A stretch of DNA of 32,000 nt, taken from positions 730,712 through 762,711 of the forward strand of contig NC_000909.1 of NCBI RefSeq assembly GCF_000091665.1. Direction: 5' to 3'. The translations under genes and the position numbers were made by a program. The notes under the pieces were generated by a model. The model worked only from the letters and a program-made list of their open reading frames with translations. It was not told the DNA's origin and searched no databases. This DNA is from Methanocaldococcus jannaschii DSM 2661. Lineage in GTDB: Archaea > AGJL01 > Methanococci > Methanococcales > Methanocaldococcaceae. Positions 11,184 to 21,536 of the stretch are shown here, one piece after another. The stretch's first letter is position 1; every line of letters begins with the position of its first letter.

Positions 11184-11690
11184 CTATAATAACATCTTTA
11201 TAGCGTTCCAGACAAGATAACTCTGCGGTTTTAAACTCCCTTTTTGTGGATTTAAGAATAAGATGTTATTCTTAACTAAGAACACTCTAATTTTTTTAGG
11301 TATTTTTATATCCTCAATTTCATAATTTTCTTTAAACAGTTTTAATGCATCAACTATTTTATTATAAAGTTCCTCATCCTCTTCTTTAACATCCTCTAAG
11401 AAATATTTTAATTTTTGAACTTCATCTCTAAACATTTCATCTAAAATTTCTTTTAAGTTTTCATATCTTAAACTATCAATAACAATTTCTATTAATTGGC
11501 TTCCCACCAACATAGGAATAAATTAATTCTTTCTCATCCTCAGATAATTTTTTATTTAGAATCTCTTCAGCTAAAAAATCCATAAATTTTATTGCGGTCT
11601 CTTTATCAAAGTCATCCACTAAAATATAATCAGCTCTTCCTTCTAACTCTCCAGTCTTATAAACATATTCAATAAATAAACTATCCGACG
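11184..11690 (-). pseudogene. 5'-truncated, frameshifted archaeal-type ATPase (PF01637-like) remnant
   Basis: Upstream frame reads ...[63 protein letters not shown], then continues in the ORF-track frame as [21 protein letters not shown]...LKPQSYLVWNAIKMLL. No Walker A domain. Confidence 0.75.
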
Positions 11691-11702
11691 ATAAACAAAA
11701 AA

Positions 11703-11973
11703 CATGGCATAAATGTTGGACTTTAGTTAAAGCAACTAAGAATTGGGTTTAAAGACAGGGATAACAATAATATTAGGATTAGGAGAAAAAGAGGAAGATA
11801 TTGAGAAGTTATTAAATTTAATTGAGGAGTTGGATTTAAATAGAATTACCTTCTACTCTCTAAATCCACAAAAAGGAACTATTTATGAAAACAAACCATC
11901 AGTAACTACAATAGAGTATATGAACTGGGTTTCTTCTGTTAGGTTGAATTTCCCACTGTTTAAAGAACCATAG
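11703..11973 (+). pseudogene. radical SAM protein remnant
   Basis: [53 protein letters not shown] resembles the C-terminal half of a radical SAM barrel, without the CxxxCxxC half. Upstream [11 protein letters not shown] is in another frame. Confidence 0.6.
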
Positions 11974-12074
11974 ATAAAATAAATTAAATTTGGCTCTCCT
12001 TCTATAATTGATAAGATTTTGTTAATCTCTTTCTCTCTGTTAAAAAATTTCATAATTTCACCAATTAATTTAAA

Positions 12075-12118
12075 TTTATGAATTAAATCATCTAAAAAAA
12101 TAAAAAAGAAAAAGTTAA
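12075..12118 (-). terminator. oligo-T terminator region of the S-layer gene
   Basis: Minus strand downstream of the stop reads ccttaactttttcttttttattttttta, the clustered U-tract typical of euryarchaeal termination. Confidence 0.4.
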
Positions 12119-12123
12119 GGAAT

Positions 12124-13800
12124 TTAGAGGTTTTTGATTAACTCTAAAGCAGCTTCTCTTGTCTTCTCTCTGTCTCCACCAGCAACAACAATTACATCAT
12201 GTCCGTTTGCAGCATCTGGAATGAGTGCGATTGTTGCTGGGCTGTTGTTGTCTAATGCTAATTTTCCAGCATCAACTAACTCTTTTGTTAATTTGTTTGC
12301 AACCGGTCCTCCAACTAAGACCAAGTTTTTGTCAGCTGTGTCTAAGCTAACTTCTGTATCTAACTTAGCGATTGGTGCTGTTAATGAAACTGGTTCAACT
12401 GCATTAGCTTTTATATCTTTTAATTTAACTTCTGCGTTGAGTGCTTTTACTTTCTCTCCAATGTTTAATGTAGCATCAACATCTTTGTCCATTGAGAAGT
12501 ATACTTTTAATTTGTCATTTGAATCTTCGTCATCTAATTTAAACTTAACATAGTCTAAAATATCTACTTCGTCTCCACTATCTAAGTCGTCTAATTTATC
12601 TCCATCGTATCTTAAAGCAATACCTACAACTTTATCTACATTGTTATCATTTAAGTCATCTTCTAATTTCATTGTTCCATTATCGTTTAATACAGCGTAT
12701 GCTTTCCAATCAGTTACGTATTCTTCGTCAAGTTCTAATTTTTTAAGGTCTTTTGAAATAACTAATTCTGCATATCCGTAATCTCCACCAACATTTTCCC
12801 AAGCTTTATGGACTGTTACACCAACGTCATCTTTGTATTCTAATTCTAATGGAGCCTTATCATATTTTTCTGCTACAACTTTTCCATCTTTTAATATTTG
12901 GACATCTACTTTATAGACATCAGTGTTATTTACAGTAGTTTTTAATATTGCTTTTATTTTGACTTGGTATCCATTTCCTAAATCGTAAGTTTCTCCTTCT
13001 TTTATGATTCCATCATATACTGGAGTACCTAAGTATATTGCATCATCATCTTTGTCAATATCAACAACAACCATCTCTTTTCCTAAGAATGGAATTCTCA
13101 TACCTTCTTCCATTTTTGTTGTGTTAGCAAAGTTCTCTTCATCATCTTTATAAACTAATGTTTCATATAACATGTTCTTTTTATAGACAGTGAATCCATC
13201 ACTAGTATCGTTCTTTAATTCGACCATTACAATTTCTCCTGCATCATCATCACTGTCATACCAGTCTGATGGGTCAACATCATCAACTTTCATCATTGTT
13301 GCAATATCTCCTAAATCAACAGTTTTGTTTATTTTGTCAGCATCGCCTAAAACACCATTGTCCATAAATGATGGTTTTCCAGTATCATTTTCGAATTTTT
13401 CTGAATAGTCTCCATCTGATGCAGCAACGAATAATGCGTATGCATTTGCAGGCATTGCACTATTGTTCCAATCTTTCTTTAAGTCGAAGTCATCGGAATT
13501 AGCTTCTGCATGAACGGTTATGTCAGCACTTCCATCTTCAACTGTTCCTTCTTTGTAGCATAAGCTTCCTATTTTAGCAGCAATATCAGCAGCTGAAACA
13601 ACGTCCATTGTTGATGGAGCATCAGCACCTACAACAACATAGCAGTTTGGCTGTCCATCTTTAACTAATATATCTTTTAACTCTTTGTAGTCACTGAATC
13701 CTGATGTTGTTACTTCAGCAGCAACTCCACTTGCTAAAGCTGTAGCAACCATTGCCCCTCCAACTGCAATAGCACCGATTTTCTTTAAGCTCATTGCCAT
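12124..13800 (-). CDS. slmA: S-layer protein
   Basis: 558 aa, acidic, signal peptide MAMSLKKIGAIAVGGAMVATALASGVAA, NxS/T sites (NNSA, NDTS, NTT), methanococcal S-layer motifs LVGGPVANKLTKELVDAG and VIVVAGGDREKTREAA. RBS GGTGAT upstream. Confidence 0.93.
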   Translation of the reverse strand: MAMSLKKIGAIAVGGAMVATALASGVAAEVTTSGFSDYKELKDILVKDGQPNCYVVVGADAPSTMDVVSAADIAAKIGSLCYKEGTVEDGSADITVHAEANSDDFDLKKDWNNSAMPANAYALFVAASDGDYSEKFENDTGKPSFMDNGVLGDADKINKTVDLGDIATMMKVDDVDPSDWYDSDDDAGEIVMVELKNDTSDGFTVYKKNMLYETLVYKDDEENFANTTKMEEGMRIPFLGKEMVVVDIDKDDDAIYLGTPVYDGIIKEGETYDLGNGYQVKIKAILKTTVNNTDVYKVDVQILKDGKVVAEKYDKAPLELEYKDDVGVTVHKAWENVGGDYGYAELVISKDLKKLELDEEYVTDWKAYAVLNDNGTMKLEDDLNDNNVDKVVGIALRYDGDKLDDLDSGDEVDILDYVKFKLDDEDSNDKLKVYFSMDKDVDATLNIGEKVKALNAEVKLKDIKANAVEPVSLTAPIAKLDTEVSLDTADKNLVLVGGPVANKLTKELVDAGKLALDNNSPATIALIPDAANGHDVIVVAGGDREKTREAALELIKNL

Positions 13801-13860
13801 ACTTTATCACCTAAGTTTTTGTATTGTTATTTGATTGACGGTATATACCTTCGACAAACT

Positions 13861-13871
13861 ACTATATAAAT
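13861..13871 (-). promoter_or_regulatory. TATA box of the S-layer gene promoter
   Basis: Minus strand reads cgtaagATTTATATAGTagtttgtcg; spacing to the ATG (~60 nt) allows a TSS plus short leader with ggtgat RBS. Confidence 0.6.
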
Positions 13872-14117
13872 CTTACGATATGAAACGGTTATAACAATAG
13901 TTTCTGAATGAAAAATTTTATTATATCTTTGTTATACAAAATTTAATTTATAATATCGCTCTATTAAAAAATAAAAAAAGTTACAAATGTTTGCAACTTT
14001 TTTAAATGGATAAAAATTAATTTTGATATATCCAAATATTTAGTAGAAACTTATAAAAATATGTGGGGGTTTATAATGAATTAGAAATTTTTTCTTTAAA
14101 AAATCTTAAGGGATAAA

Positions 14118-14891
14118 ATGAAAATAGCAATAACTGGAAAAGGAGGAGTAGGAAAAACATTTATTGCTTCAACATTAATGAGATTATTTGAAAAAAATGG
14201 ATTTAAAGTTATTGGAGTTGACTGTGATCCAAACCCTACATTGGCATTAGCTTTTGGAGTTGAGGAAGAGATAGTTCCATTATCAAAAAGACATGACATA
14301 ATAGAGGAAAGAACTGGAGCTAAACCAGGGACTTATGGAAATATTTTTAAAATAAATCCAAAAGTTGATGATTTAATAGATAAAGTTGGCTATAAAATAG
14401 GAAACATAACTCTCTTGGTTATGGGAACTATTGAAGAAGGGGGGGAGGGTTGTGTTTGTCCAGCCTCTGTTTTATTGAGAAGATTGTTAAGGCACTTAAT
14501 TTTAAAGAGAGATGAAGTTGTTATCTTAGATATGGAAGCAGGAATTGAACATTTCGGAAGAAAAACAATAGATACTGTTGATTTAATGTTAATTGTTATA
14601 GAACCAACAAAAAAATCTCTAATAACTGCAAAGAGAATGAAAAAATTAGCTAATGATTTAGGAATAAAAAACTTAGGAGTTATTGTTAATAAAGTAAGGA
14701 ATGAAGATAAAGAGTTACTAAAAGATATTATTAAAGAGGAACTTGGTTTAGAAGTTTTAGGATTTGTTCCTTATGATGAAGAAGTTATAAAAAGTGAATT
14801 CTTAGGAAAACCTATTAACTTAGATTCAAAAGCTGCAAAAGAGATTGAAAAAATATTCAACTATATCATAAAATTAAAAAATACTACTTAA
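14118..14891 (+). CDS. CooC-like/MinD-family P-loop ATPase
   Basis: Deviant Walker A ITGKGGVGKTFIAST, GVDCDPNPTLALAFG, LDMEAGIEHFGRKT, GEGCVCPAS. Confidence 0.88.
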   Translation: MKIAITGKGGVGKTFIASTLMRLFEKNGFKVIGVDCDPNPTLALAFGVEEEIVPLSKRHDIIEERTGAKPGTYGNIFKINPKVDDLIDKVGYKIGNITLLVMGTIEEGGEGCVCPASVLLRRLLRHLILKRDEVVILDMEAGIEHFGRKTIDTVDLMLIVIEPTKKSLITAKRMKKLANDLGIKNLGVIVNKVRNEDKELLKDIIKEELGLEVLGFVPYDEEVIKSEFLGKPINLDSKAAKEIEKIFNYIIKLKNTT

Positions 14892-15780
14892 TCTTGAAGT
14901 ATGGCTCTCTTCTATTTATACATTCAATAAAATATGGTTCTAAATTCTCTCCTTTTCTTAATGGAGTTAATACATCAACTAAGTTATCATCCCTCAACAA
15001 ACATGGTTTTAAATAGCCATCATAAGTTAATCTTATCCTTGTGCAGTGCATGCAAAACTCACTATTATCCATAGGCCTTACGAACTCTATTTCCAATCCA
15101 TCAACGATATATTTTTTCCTATTCTGCATGAAGTTTCTTGTAATAACTTTATCAGCTTTTTCTTTAATTTCATTTTCTATTGGAGAGATGTTATAATAAT
15201 AGCCCTTAAGCTCTTCTTTCAAAGGGATGAATTCAATAATTTGTAAAATAGCCCCAATATCCCTACAAAATTCCATAATATCTGGTAAATCTTTAATATT
15301 TATACTCATTGCTAAAAAATTGACCTTTAAAGGGGTTAAGCTAACATCTATTGCTTTCTTTATCCCATTTATTACTCTCTCAACATCTCCAAATTTTGTA
15401 ATTTTTTTATATAATTCGGGATTTAATGTGTCTAAGCTCACATTAACTCTATTTAGCCCAGCATCTTTAAGTTTTTCAGCTAAATTTTCTAAAAGGATTC
15501 CATTGGTTGTTAAAGAAATGTCTTTTATTCTTTCATCTTTGATATTTTCAATAATTTCACAAACATCTTTCCTCAGTAATGGCTCCCCACCAGAGATTTT
15601 TATTTTTTTAACTCCAAATTTTGTTGATGTCTTTGCTATAATCCCAATTTCTTCTGGAGTCATATATCTATCGTTATTTGAATCATGCCCCTCTCTATGG
15701 CAATAAAAGCACTGTAAATTGCATTTATTTGTTATAGAAATTCTAAGAGACCTAATTTCCCTACCAAATTTATCTTTCAT
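14884..15780 (-). CDS. moaA: GTP 3',8-cyclase (molybdenum cofactor biosynthesis protein A)
   Basis: SITNKCNLQCFYCHREG radical SAM motif, ISGGEPLLRKD, C-terminal FCMHCTRIRLTYDGYLKPCL Fe-S motif. Confidence 0.92.
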   Translation of the reverse strand: MKDKFGREIRSLRISITNKCNLQCFYCHREGHDSNNDRYMTPEEIGIIAKTSTKFGVKKIKISGGEPLLRKDVCEIIENIKDERIKDISLTTNGILLENLAEKLKDAGLNRVNVSLDTLNPELYKKITKFGDVERVINGIKKAIDVSLTPLKVNFLAMSINIKDLPDIMEFCRDIGAILQIIEFIPLKEELKGYYYNISPIENEIKEKADKVITRNFMQNRKKYIVDGLEIEFVRPMDNSEFCMHCTRIRLTYDGYLKPCLLRDDNLVDVLTPLRKGENLEPYFIECINRREPYFKIK

Positions 15781-15880
15781 ACTTACTCACTACTAAAAAA
15801 TTAAGGTTTTAAAAATAGAATTGGGAAATTAATTATAAAAAAGCTACGTAATGATTTTAGATTAATTAAAGTATATAAAT

Positions 15881-16603
15881 TTATTTGTTCTCTTCTTTAG
15901 TTTCCTTTTTTCTTTCAAATGTCTCAACAAAGCTAACTTTTTCAGCATCTTCTAATCTCTTCAATATTTCGTTAGCAATAGCCATCTTAGCTGTTTGAAT
16001 GTTTGGAATAAATGGAGCAAATTCAGGCAATTCTATCTTAACTGTTCCATTTCTGATAGTTACTTTTACATCACTCAATCTTGGAACATACATTTTTACA
16101 ATTTCTTTTACAATATTCTTTTTATCATCAACAACTTCTTCAATTTTTATCCTATATTTTACCTCTTTTCCAGCTAATTCATGGTTAAAATCGACTAAAA
16201 CTCTTCCACTGTTTATGCTAACAATTTTTCCAGGAATTCCATCAATAGTTATGGTTAATCCTTTTATTGGCTTAATTCCTCTTTTTGTAAATTCTGATAA
16301 TGGGATTAATTTTATCTTTGATGGGTCTCTCTTACCAAAAGCTTTCTCTGGAGGTAAAACAACTTCTCTTTCCTCACCAACATCCATTTCTAATATGGCT
16401 TCGTCTAATCCAGGTAATACTTGTCCTTCTCCAGCAAAGATAGCAACAGGACCATAAATCATTGCAGGGTTGTAAATCCCCTCTTTTTTAGCCAATTCTT
16501 CGTTAGTTGTATCAAATAGTTTTCCATCAACGTATCCGTCATAGCTAATCTTTACCATTTTACCCTTTTCTACCATATCTTCCACCTCTATTAATTTAGC
16601 CAA
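15881..16603 (-). CDS. FKBP-type peptidyl-prolyl isomerase (long archaeal form)
   Basis: [55 protein letters not shown]-loop [17 protein letters not shown]. Confidence 0.92.
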
Positions 16604-16749
16604 AGTTCAATGATTAATGAGTTTAAAAAATCTTTCATAATTTTAATATAAACCCTATATAAACATAACTGAACAAAAACGAAAAATTTTAAATATTATA
16701 ATAAATCATAATTAATTAAGCAACTGGGAGATTGTAATGTGTGATATAG

Positions 16750-17166
16750 ATGGAGATTGGCTATATCTTTATATTGGCAGGCTTTTTAGTGATAGCATTG
16801 GAAGCTATAGTGCCAGGATTATATTTTCCTGCCTGGGGGATAGCACTTTTGATATATGGAGTAGTTTTATTAATAATCCCACAATATGCATTTATTTCTG
16901 CAATAATTGCTGGAGTTTTGACGATAATTATCTTACATAAATTTGTTTATGGCGTTGGAAAAGAGATAAAAGTGGGGGCTGAGAGATTTGTTGGAATGAT
17001 TGGAATAGCAATAGAAGATTTTGAAGAAAATGGTTATGGAAGGATTAAGATAGAGAACCAAATATGGTTAGCAAAGTCTAAAGATAAAATAAAGAATGGA
17101 GATAAAGTTGAGATTGTAGGAGTTGAAGGAGTCTCACTAATAGTTAAAAAAGTTGAAGGTGAATGA
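16750..17166 (+). CDS. nfeD: NfeD-like membrane protein
   Basis: N-terminal TM helices, C-terminal OB-like domain (AERFVGMIGIAIEDFEENGYGRIKIENQIWLAKS...IKNGDKVEIVGVEGVSLIVKK); adjacent to stomatin. Confidence 0.85.
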   Translation: MEIGYIFILAGFLVIALEAIVPGLYFPAWGIALLIYGVVLLIIPQYAFISAIIAGVLTIIILHKFVYGVGKEIKVGAERFVGMIGIAIEDFEENGYGRIKIENQIWLAKSKDKIKNGDKVEIVGVEGVSLIVKKVEGE

Positions 17167-17984
17167 TATGTTTTGGTTTTGGCTAATATTAGGAATTATA
17201 GCATTATTTATAATTGTTAAAGCAATAGTTATAGTCAATCAATATGAGGGAGGATTAATCTTTAGATTGGGGAGGGTTATTGGAAAATTAAAGCCAGGGA
17301 TAAATATAATAATTCCATTCTTAGATGTGCCTGTTAAGGTTGATATGAGGACGAGAGTTACCGATATCCCTCCTCAAGAGATGATTACAAAGGATAATGC
17401 AGTTGTAAAAGTGGATGCGGTTGTTTATTATAGGGTTATAGATGTTGAAAAGGCAATTTTAGAAGTTGAGGATTACGAATATGCTATAATAAACTTAGCT
17501 CAAACCACATTGAGGGCAATAATTGGTAGTATGGAGTTAGATGAGGTTTTAAATAAAAGGGAGTATATAAACTCAAAGTTATTGGAAATTTTGGATAGAG
17601 AGACAGATGCATGGGGAGTTAGGATTGAAAAGGTTGAAGTTAAAGAAATAGACCCACCAGAGGACATTAAAAATGCCATGGCTCAACAAATGAAGGCAGA
17701 GAGATTGAAGAGAGCAGCAATATTAGAGGCAGAGGGAGAGAAGCCAGAGTAGAATTTTAAGGGCAGAGGGTATTGCTGAGAGTTTGAGGATTGAAGCTGA
17801 AGGGCAGGCAAAGGCAATACAAATAGTAGCAGAGGCAGCAAGACAATACTTTAAAGATGAAGCTCAATTGTATAAGGCTTTGGAAGTGGCTAATAATGTG
17901 TTAAAAGATAATGCAAAATATGTTATCTCAGAAAATATATTGGATGTTGTTAGAAACTTTATTAAAAAGGATAAATCAGCTTAG
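17153..17984 (+). pseudogene. SPFH/stomatin-like protein, interrupted by an apparent 1-nt frameshift
   Basis: First frame (17153-17752) ends ...[15 protein letters not shown]-stop. The sequence from about 17745 in another frame continues [64 protein letters not shown] to 17984. Confidence 0.8.
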
Positions 17985-18126
17985 CAAAATTATATATAAA
18001 TCTTTTTTTAATAATATTTTACACTCAATATTCATGTCTCATTTTAAAAACACACTAATCATTTTTACGATTTTAAAAATTAGATACCAAAAATAAATTT
18101 AAAATAAAAGTCTCATGGTGATAGTT

Positions 18127-19392
18127 ATGGCATCAACTGATTCAAAACAATTATATTTATTTAAAAAGATGTTGAAAGAATTAAAATCTAAGAAAGGTAA
18201 GGGGACTGAGCTTATCAGCCTTTATATTCCAGCAGGTAGAAGGATATCTGATGTAGCTCAGCATTTAAGGGAGGAGATGTCACAGGCATCAAACATTAAA
18301 AGTAAAAGCACAAGGAAAAATGTTCAATCAGCAATAGAGGCAATTTTGCAGAGATTAAAGTTATTAAAAGAGCCATTAGAGAAAGGAGTTGTTATATTCG
18401 CTGGAATGGTTCCAAGAAGTGGGCCTGGAACAGAAAAGATGGAAACCTACGTTATAGAGCCACCAGAACCAATAAAAACATACATCTATAGATGTGATTC
18501 AGAATTTTATTTAGAGCCGTTAGAGGAATTCTTAGAGGATAAAGATGCGTATGGAGTTATATTGGTTGATAGAAACGAAGCTACAATAGCGTTAGTTAAA
18601 GGTAGAAACATAAATATCTTAAAAAAACTAACAAGTGGAGTTCCTGGAAAGTTTAAAGCAGGAGGGCAGTCAGCAAGAAGATTAGAAAGGCTTATAGATT
18701 TAGCCGCTCATGAGTTCTTGCAGAGAGTTGGGCAGAAGGCAAATGAGCAATTCCTTCCATTATTGCAAGAGAAAAAACTTAGAGGAATCTTAGTTGGAGG
18801 GCCAGGACATACAAAGAATGAGTTTGTTGAAGGAGATTACTTACACCATGAACTTAAAAAGATTGTATTGGATACATTTGATTTATGCTATACAGAGGAG
18901 TTTGGTATAAGAGAGCTCTTAGAGAAAGCAGCTCCATTATTAAAGGATGTTGAGTTGATGAAAGAGAGAGAAGCTGTTCAGAGATTTTTAAAGGAATTAA
19001 TTAAAGAGGATGGAGGATTAGCTTGCTATGGAGAGAAAGAGGTTTTAGAGGCTTTAATGATGGGAGCTGTTGATACTTTAATTGTTTCTGAAGAATTGGA
19101 GAAATATAAGGTAAAGATAGCATGTAACAATTGCGATTACTTAGAGGAAAAAACTGTCAATAAGCTTGAGCTTATTAAATTGGAAGAAGAGCTTAAAAAT
19201 GCCCAATGCCCAAAATGTGGAGGAGCTTTAAGTATCGTTGAGGAAAAAGACTATATTGAATACCTCTCAGAACTATGTGAGCAGAGCGGGGCTAAACTTG
19301 TAACAGTTTCATCAGAAACAGAAGAAGGGGCTATGATTTTAAATGCATTTAAGGGAATAGCCGCTATATTGAGATATAAGATTCATCAATAA
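18127..19392 (+). CDS. prf1: archaeal peptide chain release factor 1
   Basis: eRF1 family sequence including SGVPGKFKAGGQSARRLERL (GGQ) and VDRNEATIALVKG. GGTGAT RBS at 18117-18122 supports ATG 18127 rather than 18115. Confidence 0.95.
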   Translation: MASTDSKQLYLFKKMLKELKSKKGKGTELISLYIPAGRRISDVAQHLREEMSQASNIKSKSTRKNVQSAIEAILQRLKLLKEPLEKGVVIFAGMVPRSGPGTEKMETYVIEPPEPIKTYIYRCDSEFYLEPLEEFLEDKDAYGVILVDRNEATIALVKGRNINILKKLTSGVPGKFKAGGQSARRLERLIDLAAHEFLQRVGQKANEQFLPLLQEKKLRGILVGGPGHTKNEFVEGDYLHHELKKIVLDTFDLCYTEEFGIRELLEKAAPLLKDVELMKEREAVQRFLKELIKEDGGLACYGEKEVLEALMMGAVDTLIVSEELEKYKVKIACNNCDYLEEKTVNKLELIKLEEELKNAQCPKCGGALSIVEEKDYIEYLSELCEQSGAKLVTVSSETEEGAMILNAFKGIAAILRYKIHQ

Positions 19393-20144
19393 CTCCTGTA
19401 TATCTCTAAATTTATGCATACTTTTTTAAATCCATAATCCTTAAATTTTTTAATAATTTCTTCTTTTTCATTAATTATCTTACTTAAATCATCTTCAATT
19501 TCAATAACAGCCAAATTTTTATAATCTCTAACTCTTATAGCTCCTTTTACATAATTTCTTAAAAATTCTTCTAATTCTTCTATCTTTTTTAAATCTTCTA
19601 TTGAAATTTCCCTATTAAACTCAAATCTTGTTAATAGACACGTTTCTTTTGGAGGGATATTTATATTTAGCTCTTTAGCTATCTCTAAGATATCTTTTTT
19701 ACCAATCTTAAAATCTGCAAATGGAGAGCCTATATTAAATTCTTCTTTAGCTCTTAAACCGGGTCTATCTTCAAATAAATCATCATAGTTAGTTCCATCA
19801 ACAACAACATCGTAATTATATTTTTCCTTCTCTTTAGTTAAGATTTCAAAAAACATTTTTTTGCACAAATAACATCTCTCTGGGACATTTTTAATAATTT
19901 TATCAATTTTAATAACTTTTAAATTTAAGTTATACTTTTTTGCATTTATAATTGCATTATTTAAAGACCATTCTGAGATGTAGGGGGTTTTTATAAAAAT
20001 ACATAGAGTTTCAGTAATTTCTGACAATAATATAGATAGAAGTAAGCTATCAATCCCACCAGAATAGGCAATAATAATTTTTTTATTTTTAAATTTTTCT
20101 TTAAGGTTATTTTTTAATTTAATTAGTTTTTTCAAAAATACCAC
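19386..20144 (-). CDS. larE: LarE-like ATP-dependent sulfur transferase (PP-loop)
   Basis: PP-loop IIAYSGGIDSLLLS, ERCYLCKKMFFEIL, VVDGTNYDDLFEDRPG, KETCLLTRF. Confidence 0.82.
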   Translation of the reverse strand: MVFLKKLIKLKNNLKEKFKNKKIIIAYSGGIDSLLLSILLSEITETLCIFIKTPYISEWSLNNAIINAKKYNLNLKVIKIDKIIKNVPERCYLCKKMFFEILTKEKEKYNYDVVVDGTNYDDLFEDRPGLRAKEEFNIGSPFADFKIGKKDILEIAKELNINIPPKETCLLTRFEFNREISIEDLKKIEELEEFLRNYVKGAIRVRDYKNLAVIEIEDDLSKIINEKEEIIKKFKDYGFKKVCINLEIYRSY

Positions 20145-20237
20145 CGTTAAGTAATTTTAGAAATCAATTTTAGAAATTATTAAATATATTATTCCATCTT
20201 AATAAAAAGTTAAAGATAAAGAAATAGGGGGAAGATT

Positions 20238-21536
20238 ATGATGGAAAAACTTAAAGAAATAGAAAAAGTGACTAAAGCTATTAAAGAGAAGATTTTAAAC
20301 CATTATGGATATATTAGAGTCATAACCCATCACGATACAGATGGATTGAGTAGTGGAGGAATCTTAGCTAAAATGTTAATGAGAACAAACAAATTATTCC
20401 ATTTAACTGTTGTTGAACACCTATCAAAAGAGGTTATTGAAAAATTAGCTAAGGAAAATGAGGTAAATAAACCACTTTTTATATTTGCAGACATGGGTAG
20501 TGGGCAAATAGAGGAAATAATAAAACACAACTTTAATGCAATTATATTAGACCATCATCCTCCAGTTATAAAAGATAGCTTTATCAACGAAAACATCATC
20601 CAGCTAAACCCACACATCTTTGGGGTAGATGGATCAAGGGAGATAACTGCAAGTGGAGTTTGTTATTTAGTGGCAAGAGAATTTGGCTACTATGATTTGA
20701 GTGTCTTGGCAATAGTAGGAATTATTGGAGATATGCAATACAACCCTCTCTTAGGTTTAAATAAATTTATTGTAAATGAGGCAAGGGAGTATAGATACGT
20801 TAAGATAATGAACGATATTGTCTATAATATCTACGATGTTGAAATATACAAAGCAATTGCTTATTGCACAAAACCATATATCCCAGATTTAGCCTCTGAA
20901 GGAAAGGCATTTAAGTTTTTAAAAGATATTGGTATAGACCCAAATAAAAAACAATTGGATGACACAGACAAGAAAAAACTCTTATCAGCTATAATCTTCA
21001 AATACCCAAAGATTGAGAACTTACTGATTGATAGATATTTAATTGAGCATAAGGTTAGAGATGCCTTTTTGTTGTCAGAAATGCTAAATGCCGTTGGTAG
21101 AAATGGCTTATTTGCTGTAGGTATTGGAATCTGCTTAGAAGATGATGAATGCATAAAGATAGGTAATCAAATCCTATGGGAGTATAAAAAGAACTTAATC
21201 AATGAACTTAAAAGTGTTAAACTAAAAAAATTAAACAACATCTATTACTTTGAGGGTAAGAAGGGGATGATTGGGATTATTGCCTCTATATTGGTTGATG
21301 ATAAGCCAGTTATTGGTTACCACATTGAGGGAGATATAGCTAAATTCTCTGCAAGAGGGAATAGGGATTTAGTAAATAGAGGTTTAAATTTAAGTGTTGC
21401 TATGGCTGTTGCTAAGGAGTTTGGTGGTAATGGAGGGGGGCATGATGTTGCCTCTGGAGCAGTAGTTTCAAAAGATAAAGTGCAAGAATTTTTAAAGAGA
21501 GTTGATGAGATTATTGGGGAGCAGTTAAGGAGATAA
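20238..21536 (+). CDS. DHH-family phosphoesterase, RecJ-like
   Basis: THHDTDGLSSGGILAK, FADMG, LDHHPP, DHHA1 motif GNGGGHDVASGAVV. Confidence 0.88.
   Translation: MMEKLKEIEKVTKAIKEKILNHYGYIRVITHHDTDGLSSGGILAKMLMRTNKLFHLTVVEHLSKEVIEKLAKENEVNKPLFIFADMGSGQIEEIIKHNFNAIILDHHPPVIKDSFINENIIQLNPHIFGVDGSREITASGVCYLVAREFGYYDLSVLAIVGIIGDMQYNPLLGLNKFIVNEAREYRYVKIMNDIVYNIYDVEIYKAIAYCTKPYIPDLASEGKAFKFLKDIGIDPNKKQLDDTDKKKLLSAIIFKYPKIENLLIDRYLIEHKVRDAFLLSEMLNAVGRNGLFAVGIGICLEDDECIKIGNQILWEYKKNLINELKSVKLKKLNNIYYFEGKKGMIGIIASILVDDKPVIGYHIEGDIAKFSARGNRDLVNRGLNLSVAMAVAKEFGGNGGGHDVASGAVVSKDKVQEFLKRVDEIIGEQLRR

Noticed and set aside
12134-13408. Plus-strand ORFs inside the S-layer gene
   Set aside because: Antisense shadows of a strongly supported, highly biased coding sequence.
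13801-14117. Long intergenic region between the S-layer and CooC-like genes considered as an ncRNA or array
   Set aside because: AT-rich without repeats or C/D boxes; adequately explained as a divergent promoter region with TATA boxes.
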